Part shown: positions 10,133 to 21,650 of the stretch, piece by piece
How positions within the stretch are numbered: position 1 is the stretch's first letter
Layout: every line of letters starts with the position of its first letter
Assembly: GCF_001194135.2 (NCBI RefSeq)
Contig: NC_068984.1
Coordinates: 86,622,237 to 86,667,639, forward strand
Direction of reading: 5' to 3'
Source: Octopus bimaculoides
Lineage: Eukaryota
DNA length: 45,403 bases
The notes under the pieces: generated by a model
What the model saw: the letters and a program-made list of their open reading frames with translations, nothing else
Told to the model about the DNA's origin: nothing
The model's database searches: none
Program-made: the position numbers and the translations under genes

Positions 10133-10773
10133 CTAAATTATTAATAACTTCTGGACACCACTTCGCAGTTGAAGCTCCTTCTGATTAGAATAACCGCGCA
10201 TCACGTCGCTCGATTGTTTGGGATACAAGTACACTGTATCTTGTATCTCTTATTCTTGCTTTCAGTCAAAGCTTGCTAATTAGTATAGCGACATCAATCT
10301 ATATTTCACACATATACATTCTCTCCCCCTCTCTCGCTGTATTTGTCTCTTTTGAACTGTTGAGATTTAGGACCTGAAATTTTGCACTTTTCCTGTTGGT
10401 CGGAGATGGTGGGTTTCAAAATTCCTGTTTTTGACCCTGGTTTACATGGAATTACACTATAGAGATTGGATAGGTTTGAGACATGGATGTAATGAATGAT
10501 GGGAATGATAGAGGGGTGATTAATGATGAGTTAGGGAAGGTGGGGGAGAGTAGATGATGACTGGCAATACAGAAAAAAAGGGTTGAAGAATAGTAATAAT
10601 AATACAGTAGAGAGAGGAAGGATGAGAGAAAAGGAGATGATGTGTGGGTGGGTAGGTTGCAAGAATGTGAGGAGAGAGGTAGACATAGTGCATAGCAAAA
10701 GCAAGAGATCTATGGGACCCTGAAAATCATATCTTGCAGAGAAGGTTTATGAAGGATTTATTTGAATATATAT

Positions 10774-11161
10774 TGTTGTTGTTGGCACTCCGTCGCTTAC
10801 AACGTCGAGGGTTCCAATTGATCAGATCAACGGAACAGCCTGTTTGTGAAATTAACGTGCAAGTGGCTGAGCATTTCACAGACACGTGTACCCTTAATGT
10901 ATTTCTCGGGGATATTCAGTGTGACATAGTGTGACAAGGCTGGCCCTTTGAAATACAGGTACAACAGAAACAGGAAGAAAGAGTGAGAGAAAGTTGTGGT
11001 GAAAGAGTACAGCAGGGTTCGCCACCACCCCCTGCCGGAGCCTTGTGGAGCTTTAGATGTTTTCGCTCAATAAACACTCACGACGCCCGGTCTGGGAATC
11101 GAAACCGTGATCCTATGACTGAGAGTCCGCTGCCCTAACCACTGGGCCATTGCGCCTCCAC
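10774..11161 (-). mobile_element. tRNA-derived SINE, family 1
   Basis: Full length; TSD tgaatatatat 10763-10773/11162-11172. Confidence 0.92.
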
Positions 11162-11484
11162 TGAATATATATATATATAAAGCAACAATATGTTTAAATT
11201 AAATTTTTAAAATTCTTTGACTGTGTTTTGCTCTTGTGATTATCTTCATTTCTAGAAGGCCATTCTTGTATGAAATACATGACAGCAACAAATTATGATA
11301 CGCTAAAGCTGTGAATCTTGAACATCTACAATTGTATTGATTTGTTTTTCACAGTAAAGTTTGGTTACTCTAGTATTAATCAACCATGCATTCCAAGGAA
11401 AAATCTGGAATATCTTATATCTTTTACTTGTTAGTCATTAGACTGCAGCCACCCCCTTGGAAAATTTTTTTAGTCAAATGAACT

Positions 11485-11768
11485 ATTTTTTAAGCCTGGT
11501 ATTTATTCTATCAATCTATTTTGCCAAACTGATAAGTTACAAGGACATAAACACCAGCACTGATTGGCAAGTGGTAGTGGGAGACAAACAAAGACAGACA
11601 CACATATATACAATGGGCTTCTTTCAGTTTCCATCTACCAAATCTACTCACAGGGCTTTGGTTGGCCCAAGGCTATCATAGAAGACACTCGCTTAAGGTG
11701 CCATACAGTGGGATGAACTAGGATTTAATGTGGTTGGGAAGCAAGCTTCTTACCACAGAGCCACACCT
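11485..11768 (-). mobile_element. tRNA-derived SINE, family 3 (ggctgtgtggtaag...gggttcagtccc head, internal TA/TG microsatellite)
   Basis: Homologous to 29150-29480, 29905-30060, 31735-32075, 43690-43995; boundaries approximate. Confidence 0.75.
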
Positions 11769-12289
11769 TTTCCTCTGTGTTGAAGTAGTTGGAGAGAATC
11801 CAAAAAGTATAATGTATGTGGCATTATACAAAATAACTTTTTCCACTTGTAAATATTTTATCTGCGCAAATCTTCTGAATTTCTCCAGAACAGCATAAAA
11901 ATCCTCAGGATGTTATTGACATTGACCTTGAAATTTCCAAAAATGCTGAGTTTGCTATGTCAGGGCACACAGTTCTCATTAACCTGATGTGGTGTGCATG
12001 GAAAAAATGGATGTGACATTTTATAGAGCTATTCTCTATATCTTCCAAATAGTGTACATCTAAAAGAAATTGTCCCAATAGCCATACCTGGTCAAAAATG
12101 AACCATTTCAATGTACCTTTACAGGTATATCAGTGATTTTTCTGGGCATTCTAAAAGGTTTTGAAAACCAGTTTTGGCTTGACATTCATAAGAATGTTTT
12201 GTGAGAACATGAGATAGAAAATCAGGAAGCATGATATAGGGAGTGAGACATGAATCAGGAAGCAAAATATAGTGATACTGGTGCCACAT

Positions 12290-12460
12290 TAAAAGCACCC
12301 AGTACACTCTGTAGAGTGGTTGGCATTAGGAAGGAGATCCAGCTGTAGCAACCATGCCAGAAGTGACGATGGAATCTAGTGTTGTCCCCCCTCCCATACC
12401 AGCTCCAGTCAAACCATCCAGTCCATGCCAGCATGGAAAGTGGATGTCAAATGATAATGA
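12290..12460 (+). mobile_element. RTE 3' tail fragment
   Basis: ggttggcattaggaagg...ccatgccagcatggaaag...atgatga, homologous to the 3' end at 32871-33000. Confidence 0.7.
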
Positions 12461-13788
12461 TGAGAGAAGGAAATCAGTCCTGTAAAACAGACATTGATAC
12501 CTAAATTAGTAGAGGGAGATAGTGGTTATACATGTGGCAAATCTTAGAGTTCTGATTTAAATCCAGTTGTGCATTATAGAACCAATGTCAGTTTCTATAT
12601 TATCTCTTTACCTGCTGGAACTAGTTGCCAAGTCCTTTGTATATCCTTATAATATTTTAACCCTTTAGCATTCAGGTAGTTATTCCATCAAATGTATTGC
12701 TTATTTATTCACATTTAAATGCTGGGGGATGAGAGAAGGTGGGGGAGTGACAGAGTAGGTATTTGTAGAAAAGCTGCATGGTTATTCATATTTAGTTGGG
12801 GAGGGAGAAGATGAGCAGTCGGAACTGCAAAATGATAGGTAGTAGAGATATAATGTCCTGATGCCTCTCAGTGCACAAGGTAAGTAGAAGTTGTGGGTGA
12901 GTTTGCAAGATTGTATGGGGAACAGGAAATGAGGAGGTAGAGAAGCTACCTACAACTGTAAAAAAAAGGGTTGAGTCATGAGTTTGGGGAAGATAGAGGG
13001 ATACAGAAAAGACTGAGTGGAGAGAGTGGCAACAGTAATAATGCAGTTGACAAGAGTGTAAGATTACAAGGTGGAGTAGGCTGCAAGAGCAGACGAAGTA
13101 GGTAGGCATAGTGCATGATAACAGGTAGTTTGGTTCATTGGGGTGGGGGTGAATCAATGTAATGTGAGTACAATATACTCAGTACTGCCAAAACTCAGTT
13201 TCGCTCAGGAGAATGGGTTTTCTCAAGGACCTCATATTGTCAGACATCCCGGTTCTTTGTCAGCTCCTCCATGGGGCTAAACATCTCATGTTTATCTTCC
13301 AAGGATTTGGTAACTCGGCTTTGGATCCAGCATGCATCCAAATGAGACAAAGAATGTATTGAGAAAGAGCAAGAAAAGGAAAACCTAGAGCGAGAGCATA
13401 TGAGAGGTAAAAATAACAAATCAGCAATTAGCAAGCAAATGTGCAAATAAATCATCTGAGCAACAGCAGGTGCAACATACATGCAGAAATTAGTATGATG
13501 TTAACTGACATGCATATTGTTTATCTGATCAGTAGCAGGTCTAACACAGTAACAAGAATCAGTGTGATACAAGCTGGTATGTACTTCTCATCACAAGGAG
13601 TTGTGTACAGAAGCATTTGTTTTATATTGCAAGTAAACCAAATCAAAATTCTGAATAATATCGTTTGAGGCATGAATTGTATGCTATAACTACTATATAC
13701 AGTGTGACTTGAAATGCAGTTGGAGAGTACACTACAGCATCCAATGTTTGTTATGCTGTGGAGAAGAGAATGTGAAGTTGTTCCCAGT

Positions 13789-14152
13789 TGTTGTTGTTGT
13801 TGGCACTCCGTCGCTTACGGCGTCGAGGGTTCCAGTTGATCCGATCAACAGAACAGCTTGCTCGTGAAATTAACGTGCAAGTGGCTGAGCACTCCACAGA
13901 CACGTGTACCCTTAATGTAGTTCTCGGGGATATTCAGCGTGACACAGTTTGACAAGGCTAACCCTTTGAATTACAGAGAGAAAGTTGTGGTGAAAGAGTA
14001 CAGCAGGGTTCACCAGCACTCCCTGCCGGAGCCTCGTGGAGCTTTATGTGTTTTCGCTCAATAAACACTCACAACGCCCGGTCTGGGAATCAAAACCGTG
14101 ATCCTATGACCGTGAGTCCGCTGCCCTAACCACTGGGCCATTGCACCTCCAC
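13789..14152 (-). mobile_element. tRNA-derived SINE, family 1 (short internal deletion)
   Basis: TSD ttgttcccagt 13778-13788/14153-14163. Confidence 0.92.
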
Positions 14153-14969
14153 TTGTTCCCAGTAGTGAATCCAGTACAGTAATCATTGGCATTATTCACC
14201 ATGAAGAATAATACAATTGGCTGTGAATTTCAAAAGAAACATACGGCATACAACTGTGTAGTAGCATTCACAGCTTGATAAAGATGTAATTAATACATTT
14301 AGCATCCTAAAGGAACTCTCTCTCAAAAGAACCACCAGCTAATGGCTCACATGTATTATTTTGCTATGCTACATTTTAGAGGACTGATGCAAGAATGTGT
14401 GGTGGATTTATAGCATGACTGAATTTCAAAAGATGTGAGTGATGAAATATAAATGTATCAGCCGTGATGATGATTCAACTGGTTAGGCAGGTATAGGATC
14501 ATTGACAGTGTGGCCACCCTCTTTTACAGGTAGGATACAATATACCATTGCCATTTAATGTCCAGTTTTTCCATGCTTACGCAGGTGATAGAATTTGTTG
14601 AGGTAGCTTTTTTGACAGCCAGCGCTCTTCCCTTTATCAAACCCCACCTGTTTTCAAGCAAGGTAATACTTCCCTGTGGCCAGACATTGTTTTTCACAGA
14701 AGACTGGAAACAACATCACTTGTTTACAACCATTATGTGATGTCAAGACACATACCACAGTGAGACTGAACACACAACCACATGATTGGGAAGGAAACTT
14801 CTTATCACACAACCGCGCTTGCGTCTATATATAATTTATTTCAGTTTTTCCCAGCAATAAATTTCATGGTTTCCCACTCTAATTTGTGTTTGCTTCCAAA
14901 ATTTCAAATTATCTGAATTAGGAAAAACCTCTTAGCCATCTGATTGTTTTTAAGCATATTATCATGGAT

Positions 14970-15450
14970 CATCATCATCCTTTAATATCCACTCTCCATG
15001 CTGGCATGGGTTAGACACTTTGACTGGAGCTGATAAGCTGGAGAGCTGCACTAGGTTCCAGTCTAATTCTATGTTTTTCTTTGAGTTTGGACAGTACTCA
15101 TAAGAACAAATTTTTGAAGTTCTGATACTTTGGGGTTTCCTGGTATTTACCCTTTGTGTTTCAGAGTGTCATTTGGCATTGTCTCCAAATTTTCAATGCT
15201 CACAGGTACAGTTGTTCTTAGATACCACAGTTTTGAGATCTTTATTTCAAGGTCCTTATATCTATGGTTTCTATGGCTGGATGCCCTTCCTAATGCCAAC
15301 CACTCCAGGAGTGTAATGGGTGCTTTTATGTGGCACCAGCAATGACCATGACTACAATGCACTGGTACCATTTACATGGCACTGGCAACGACTACAATGA
15401 TCCATGGATTCCCTTTACAACTATGATTCACAGGTACTATTTACATGGCA
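14970..15450 (-). mobile_element. RTE 3' tail interrupted by a 194-bp templated insertion
   Basis: catcatcatc...ccatgctggcatgggtt...ccagtct [15071-15264] tggtttctatggctggatgcccttcc; end approximate. Confidence 0.72.
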
Positions 15451-15749
15451 CTGTTGTCGATCTCCTGTAGTGCACAGGTGGCTTGATCCCATCAACTGGC
15501 TGTCAGACTACTTTACCTCTTCCCCTCCCTCATTCACTTCCTTTAAACAATATTAACTGTGTTGTGGATAAACAAAAAAAAGTACATAGAACATTAAAGG
15601 GTTAGGGACATGCATAGTACTTCTGTATATCAAGTATCAAGAGTATAGGATAAGGAGGGTTTGTTTTTTTTAACTGAAGGAGATGACAAAGGACCAAGAT
15701 AACTAGTGTATTGCTATAGTCAAGAAGACCCGTCCACCGCAGCAGGACT

Positions 15750-15930
15750 GATACTGGTGCCGCATAAAAAGTATCCAGTACACTCTGTGGAGTGGTTGGC
15801 ATTTGGAAAGACATCTGGCTGTAGAAACCATGCTACAACAGACCATGGAGCCTAGTGTAGCCCCTGGCCCTACCAGCTCTGGTCAAACTATCCAGCCCAT
15901 GGAAAACAGACATTAAATGATGATGATGTC
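15750..15930 (+). mobile_element. RTE 3' tail fragment
   Basis: gtggttggcatttggaaagacatctggctgtagaaacc...atgatgatgatg. Confidence 0.65.
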
Positions 15931-17321
15931 ATATATCCAATAATAACAAAACTAAAAGCTAGCATTAAAAAGAGGTTCACTCATTAAAATAATAGAATCA
16001 TTTCAGTTACGATTGTTTTCTTTCTACTTTTATCTTTTACTTTATAACAACATTCTCTCATTTCTTTTTCAGCCCAACATTGTTTTATTGCCCCACTTCT
16101 CTTTTTGACTGGCCCTATTCTTTTTCTGCTCAATTTCATTTGAATTTCATGGCATTTATTTTTCTAACTTTATCACTTTCTTTCTTTCTTACACCCCTCA
16201 CCAATGAAGCTCTTCTAGATTTGTCTTTCAGTTTTTATTTAACATTAACTTAGTTTTTCTGTCACTTATGTGTGTTACTATTGAAATACTTTTATTATGA
16301 TATTGCAATCTTAACGGTAACTTTAAGGCCATTGAAGTCTTTATGATCCAATCATTTGCAGGGAAATTCTTTTTGAAATACGTTACCAGGAAGAAACTAG
16401 CAGATTTGTAATTCTTTTATATATATGATTAACAATTTAGACATTATTGCACTTTCTTACACGTCTTTTTAATAATTTACACCTTACTTAAACATCTTTT
16501 CCATCTGTAATGTATTCTAACAAGTATTTCTACAAAATGGAAACTCTTACCATAGAAATTTCTTTTTCCTTGAGTAATTTATAAATAATCAGTGAAATAA
16601 TATAGAAGTTAAATAAGGTAGGGACTCGTGTATTTCTTATATATTTATATATCCTCTTCATCCTGATTTATATCTATTTTCCATTCTAGCATGGGCTGGG
16701 TGGTTTGACCGGAGCTGGTAAGACGAGGGGTCACACCAGCTGTTCTGTTCTATAGTTGGATGCCCTTCCTCATGCCAACTACTCCACAGAGTGTACTGGG
16801 TATTTTTTATGTGGTACCAGTGCTTTTTTTACACACACACACACATAATCACTGTTATTGTTGTTGCTTTGTTTTATATGACCTGTTTCAAGTCTCGCCC
16901 AGAAACCCAAAGCAACAGCAGCTTGAATGCTTTACTATGGATGTTTTCTTTTTTTTTATGATTAACAATGATATATTACAGGAGAAAGAGACCAGATTCT
17001 GAGAACTAAAATTCTGTTAAATTTGTAATAGTTCAAATTTTGATCAGAATTTTAAGAGAATCATATTTTCAAGTTGACAATGTTTTTCTTTGGATTTGGA
17101 CAGTACTCATAAGAACAATTTTTTGAAGTTCTGATACTTTGGGTTTTCCTGGTATTTACCCTTTGTGTTTCAGTGTGTAATTTGGTATTGTCTCCAAAGT
17201 TTCAATGCTCACAGGTACAGTTCTTAGATACCACAGTTTTGAGATCTCTATTTCAAGGTCTTTATATCTACTTCTCAAATGTTTTTACAGAAGTGTTGCT
17301 GCCTGCTAAGATTGACTACTA

Positions 17322-17560
17322 CTAGCTGGTAGAATTGTCAGTGCACTGGACAAAATGCTTAGTGGAATTTTGTCTGTCTTTTTGTTCTGAGTTCAAATTC
17401 TGCTGGGGTCAACTTTGCCTTACGTACTTTCAAGGTCAATAAAGTAAGTACCAGTTGAACACTGGCTTCAATGTAATCAACTAACCCTCTCCCCTGGAAT
17501 TACTGGCCTTGTGCCAAAATTGGAAACCATCATCATCATTATTATTATTATTATTATTAT
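17322..17560 (+). mobile_element. SINE family 2
   Basis: gctggtagaattgtcag...ttctgagttcaaattc...gtaccagttg, (ATT)n tail. Confidence 0.75.
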
Positions 17561-17632
17561 TCACTTGAAAAGGAAAGTGTGAGTGGAGAGGAGAGTGTTG
17601 CCTCTAGCAACTTTGTTAAAAGTGGATGAATG

Positions 17633-17888
17633 TAGAAATATATATTAAATCTCTCAGAGAGATTTATACAGTAGCAGCATGATAAAGTGATAGCATGTTG
17701 TCAATGTGACAGTCCCATAAAAGGGAAGAATGCTACTGTTATTTAGTCCTAGGAAACACCGTTTCCTGTTGGACTTGACACATTTCCTGTGTCTTTATGC
17801 TTTCAAAGTGGAGACAAGCACTTCCCCCCAGCAAAACCAGCATCCAGAAACTAGTTTCAGAGACATTGCTCATCATCGGTCTGGAGTA
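17633..17888 (-). repeat. Hammerhead-containing short tandem retroelement (retrozyme/Penelope pLTR-like), left part
   Basis: 17633-17796 is directly repeated at 21493-21650; contains the hammerhead at 17843-17885. Confidence 0.6.
17843..17885 (-). ncRNA. Minimal type I hammerhead ribozyme (degenerate, U4->C)
   Basis: Minus strand UCCAGA-C(C)GAUGA-UGAG caaugu CUCU-GAAA-C UA G-UU-UCUGGA: 6-bp stem I, core CUGAUGA with one change, stem II gag/cuc, GAAA, 1-bp palindromic stem III, GUU cleavage triplet. Confidence 0.7.
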
Positions 17889-17902
17889 GCATGGCTTGCT
17901 AG

Positions 17903-19709
17903 CTGAATTCTTTATTTTAGGCACAAGGCCCAAACACAGAGGGGACATACACAGACATGTGGGAACAAAAAACACCATAAAGGATGAATGTTAAATGAAA
18001 TTATTTACAATAAAAATGAGACGGCCATGTCGTCCCCGCTCTGAGATAAAACTGTGATTTCCTTTCCTTTTTGATCTAACATTTTAAATAATAATTTTCC
18101 AGCCCCACTCCGAGGCAAAACCGTGACTTCCCTTTTCGTTTTCACTTTACAATTTTAAAGAAAACGTTTTAAACAAATGTTCATTCAATAGTTACACAAT
18201 TTACTTATTTTTCCTTTTTTTTTTTTTTTTAAACAAAAAGCTTGATCAAATGTTTTTCTCAGTCTTTCACAGTCTTTAAAATAAATCGTGACTTACCACT
18301 TCATCTCCTTTTCGTCCACATAATTCACCACTGAGGCACGAAGTTCAACATCCACCCCTGGCCCCAGTGGATTTATTCTTTCATAATGTCTTTCAATTTT
18401 GAATTTCTTTTAACTTTGGGGTGTCCTATATTTCATTATAAACCTTACTTCTGTTGTGTCTTGCGTGTTTGTGTTTTTTGTCTCTGTATTTCTATAATTC
18501 TTGGCTTTCCTGTGATTGTGTCTGTGTTCATTTGACTGTAATTCTGTGTGTTTCGTCTGTGTGTCTATGTTTTTAGGTTTCCGTAATTCTCAGTTATCTT
18601 GTTTCTGTTCATCTATACTTCTGTGGGTCTGAATGTTTATGTACTTGTAAGTTCTTACTTTTGCTCAGTAATGCATCTTTCACCTGTGATCCCACCAGTG
18701 AACCTTCCCCACCTCTTGTCGTAGGTTGGATTACCTCTTCCATGGCTTTGTACTTCTTCAGTTCCACTATCGTTGGTGACTTCCTCCTCTCTCTTTTTCT
18801 TGCTTTCACCTCCACAAAATTCCCGTCTTGTTCTCTTATCTGTTTCTGCTGTTTCTCCACCGTTATATTCTCCTGAATACTCTCCTCTACAATTTCCACT
18901 GCTGCTCTAGGGCATTTCTTTCTCAAGTGCCCTCTTTCACCACATTCATAACACTTTGGGGCCTCCCCTCCAACATTATCTCCAGCTTTTCTTCATTTGG
19001 TAGCTCTAAAGTTTCAGGTATTTCGTTGTAATATTTTGGGCTCACTGCACAAATTATCTCTAATCCGTAGCCCCACCACTTCACTTGTTGGGTTCGGTTT
19101 ATCATGCCCATCTTCACATCTTCGCTTTACTTCCTTATCTCTGAATAAAAAATCACTACTATTATCAACTCTGAATCTATCCACGGTGGGATTCTTCCCA
19201 CCCTAATTCTTACAATTCATTTATCCAAACAGTTTGGCATCAATGTCCATTTCTCTCCCTGTATTATCCTGCTGGAGGCCTTTTCTGCCTCTTCTTCTGA
19301 TACAAAGGTTACCACTATAGATGCATATCTCTTTCCTTTCGTAAAGAATTCTATCTGCTGTCTCCTATCTGTCTTTCCAAAATTTCTTCTATTTCTTCCT
19401 GCAGTGCTTTTTCAATTCTTCTGTTTTTATTTGAAAATGTTCTGCATATTACTGTCTTCTTTTCCATTTTTGCTTTTTCCTCCTCTGGTAGGTCAGTTTT
19501 ATATTTATATTTCACTCTTTATACTTTTTTTATCAGCTCTCCATTCCACTGTAACATCTCCCGTTTCAGCACACTTGGGTCTTGGAGAACTTGACTTCCA
19601 GTAGCTTCTGCATAACTTCTCATTTTTCTCAATTATTCACTACCACCTAGCAATTGTGATTTCACACAAAAAAAAAATCGGCTGGAATTCTTCAAAAAAC
19701 AATAAAAAG
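17903..19709 (-). mobile_element. ORF1-only non-LTR retroelement copy A (L1/Tx1-type gag-like ORF1, decayed)
   Basis: Starts MRSYAEATG, contains knuckle CYECGERGHLRKKC (CX2CX4HX4C), ~400-bp 3' UTR with AATAAA, no endonuclease or RT motifs; Tx1/L1 assignment is inference. Confidence 0.75.
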
Positions 19710-19720
19710 TGGCTTGCTAG

Positions 19721-21409
19721 CTTCATTCTTTATTACAAGCACAAAGCCTAATTACAGAGGGGACATACAAAGACATGTGGGAACAAAAAACACATGCAAA
19801 GATGAATGTGAAATGAATAAATTACAATGCAAATGAGATGGCCATCTCACTCCCGCTGCGAAATGAAACCGTGGGTTCCTTTTCCTTAAACCTTTACATT
19901 TTACATAACTTCTAGCCTTGCTCCGAGGCGAAACCACAACTTCCTTTTTCGCTTCTACCCCTTAAATTATAAACCTTTTAAACAAATGTTCAACCAGGAT
20001 TTACTAGTTTTCTTTTCCTATTTTTTTTTAAAGTAAAAGTCAACCAAATGTTTTTCACAGTATTTAAAAACTTTTGGAAACCTGTTCATTCAACAGTTGC
20101 AAAATTTACTTATTTTTCTTTTTTTTTTCTATAAAAAATTCAAACAAATATTTCACTCAGTTACAGTCCTTCCAAAATTATATCAACTTACCTTTTGTGT
20201 CTCCAACAATGTCTTTCAATTTTGCAATCTTTTATGTTGGGGTGTCCTATCTCACTATAATTTTTGTCTCTATATTTCTGCTGTTTTGGGATTTCTTGTG
20301 GTTGCGTCTGTGTTCATGCACCTGTGTGTTCTTTTGGCTGCAACTCTATATGTTTCGTCTGTGTGTCTCTGTCTTTATGTTTCCGTAATTCTGGGTTGTC
20401 TTGTTTCTGGTCTGAATGATTCTGTACTTGTAATTTCTTTACTGGTACTTCTACTGGTAAAATTTCTTGTCGTGGGTTGGGTTTCCTCTTCCATTCCTTT
20501 ACATTTCTTCAATTCCACTGTCATTAGTGACTTTCTTCTCTCTCTTTTCCTGGGTTTCACTTCCGCAAAATTCCCATCATGTTCTGTTTTCTGTTTCTGC
20601 TCTTTATCCACCATTATATCCTCCTGGACACTCTCCTCTACCATTTCCACTGCTGTTCTAGGGCATTTCCTACTCAAGTGTCCTCTTTCACCACGTCCGT
20701 AACACTTTGGGGGTCTCCCTTCTAACATTATTTCTGGCTTTTCACTGTTTGGTAATTCCAAAGTTTCCGCCATTTCGTTGTAATATTTTGGGCTTACCGC
20801 ACAGATTATTTCAATACCATAGCCCCATTCTTCCTCAGCTCTGAATTAAAAGTTGCAGCTATTACCCATTCTGGGTCTATCAACGATGGGATTCTTCCCA
20901 CCCTGACGATTCTTTTGCCCTGACAGTTCAGCATCAACGTCCATTTTTCTCCCTGTAACATCATGTTGTTGGATATTTTCACCTCCTCTTCTGAATGAAA
21001 GGTTACTAATATAGTCGCATATTTCCTTCCTCTTGTAAAAAATGTTATCCTTTCTCCTATGTGTTCCTCCAACATTTTCTCTACCTCTTCCTGTGGCACA
21101 TGTTCTATTCTCCTATTTACATTCAAAAATGTTCTGAATATTACCGTCTTGTTTTCCATTTTTCTTTTTTCCTCCTCTGGCAGGGTCATTTTTATGTTTG
21201 ACCCTTCCTTCTTTATCATATCACAATACTTGGTTATCTTCTCTTCATTCCACTCCATCCTCTCCGGCTTCAGCACACATGGGTCCAGGGTATCTCAACC
21301 TCCAGTAGCCTCTGCGTAACTTTTCATTTTTTCAGTTGTTTCACTACCACCCAACAATGGCAGATTCACTCAAAAAATCTGCTAGAATCCTTCCAAAAAC
21401 AACAAAAAG
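19721..21409 (-). mobile_element. ORF1-only non-LTR retroelement copy B (diverged relative of A)
   Basis: ATG at 21327 (MKSYAEATGG*...), ORFs 20806-21276 and 20375-20773, knuckle CYGRGERGHLSRKC, same 5' and 3' ends as copy A. Confidence 0.75.
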
Positions 21410-21423
21410 GCATGGCTTGGTAG

Positions 21424-21650
21424 TTGTCTATGCCTATCCACCTTTGAAAATAAATATACTTCAAGTGAAATACATTCACTAATTTTTGAAAATAGAAATA
21501 ATATATTTCTAAATCTCTCAGTAGCAGCACGATAAAGTGATAGCATGTTGTCAACTTAATGTGACAGCCGCATAAAAGGGAAGAATGCTACTGTTATTTA
21601 GCCCTAGGAAACTGTTTCCTGTTGGACTTGACACATTTCCTGTGTCCTTT
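21424..21650 (-). repeat. Hammerhead-containing repeat, right part (partial second monomer)
   Basis: 21493-21650 matches 17633-17796; truncated before its ribozyme. Confidence 0.6.

Noticed and set aside
12720-13160. Purine-rich tracts (also 10480-10730 and 38990-39540) as decayed Penelope/CR1 coding sequence
   Set aside because: Plausible, but too degraded to recover diagnostic motifs by eye; needs an HMM search.
13190-13245. Second possible hammerhead (cgaaac on the minus strand)
   Set aside because: No properly placed CUGANGA and no stems; likewise ctgatga at ~41211 lacks a GAAA partner.
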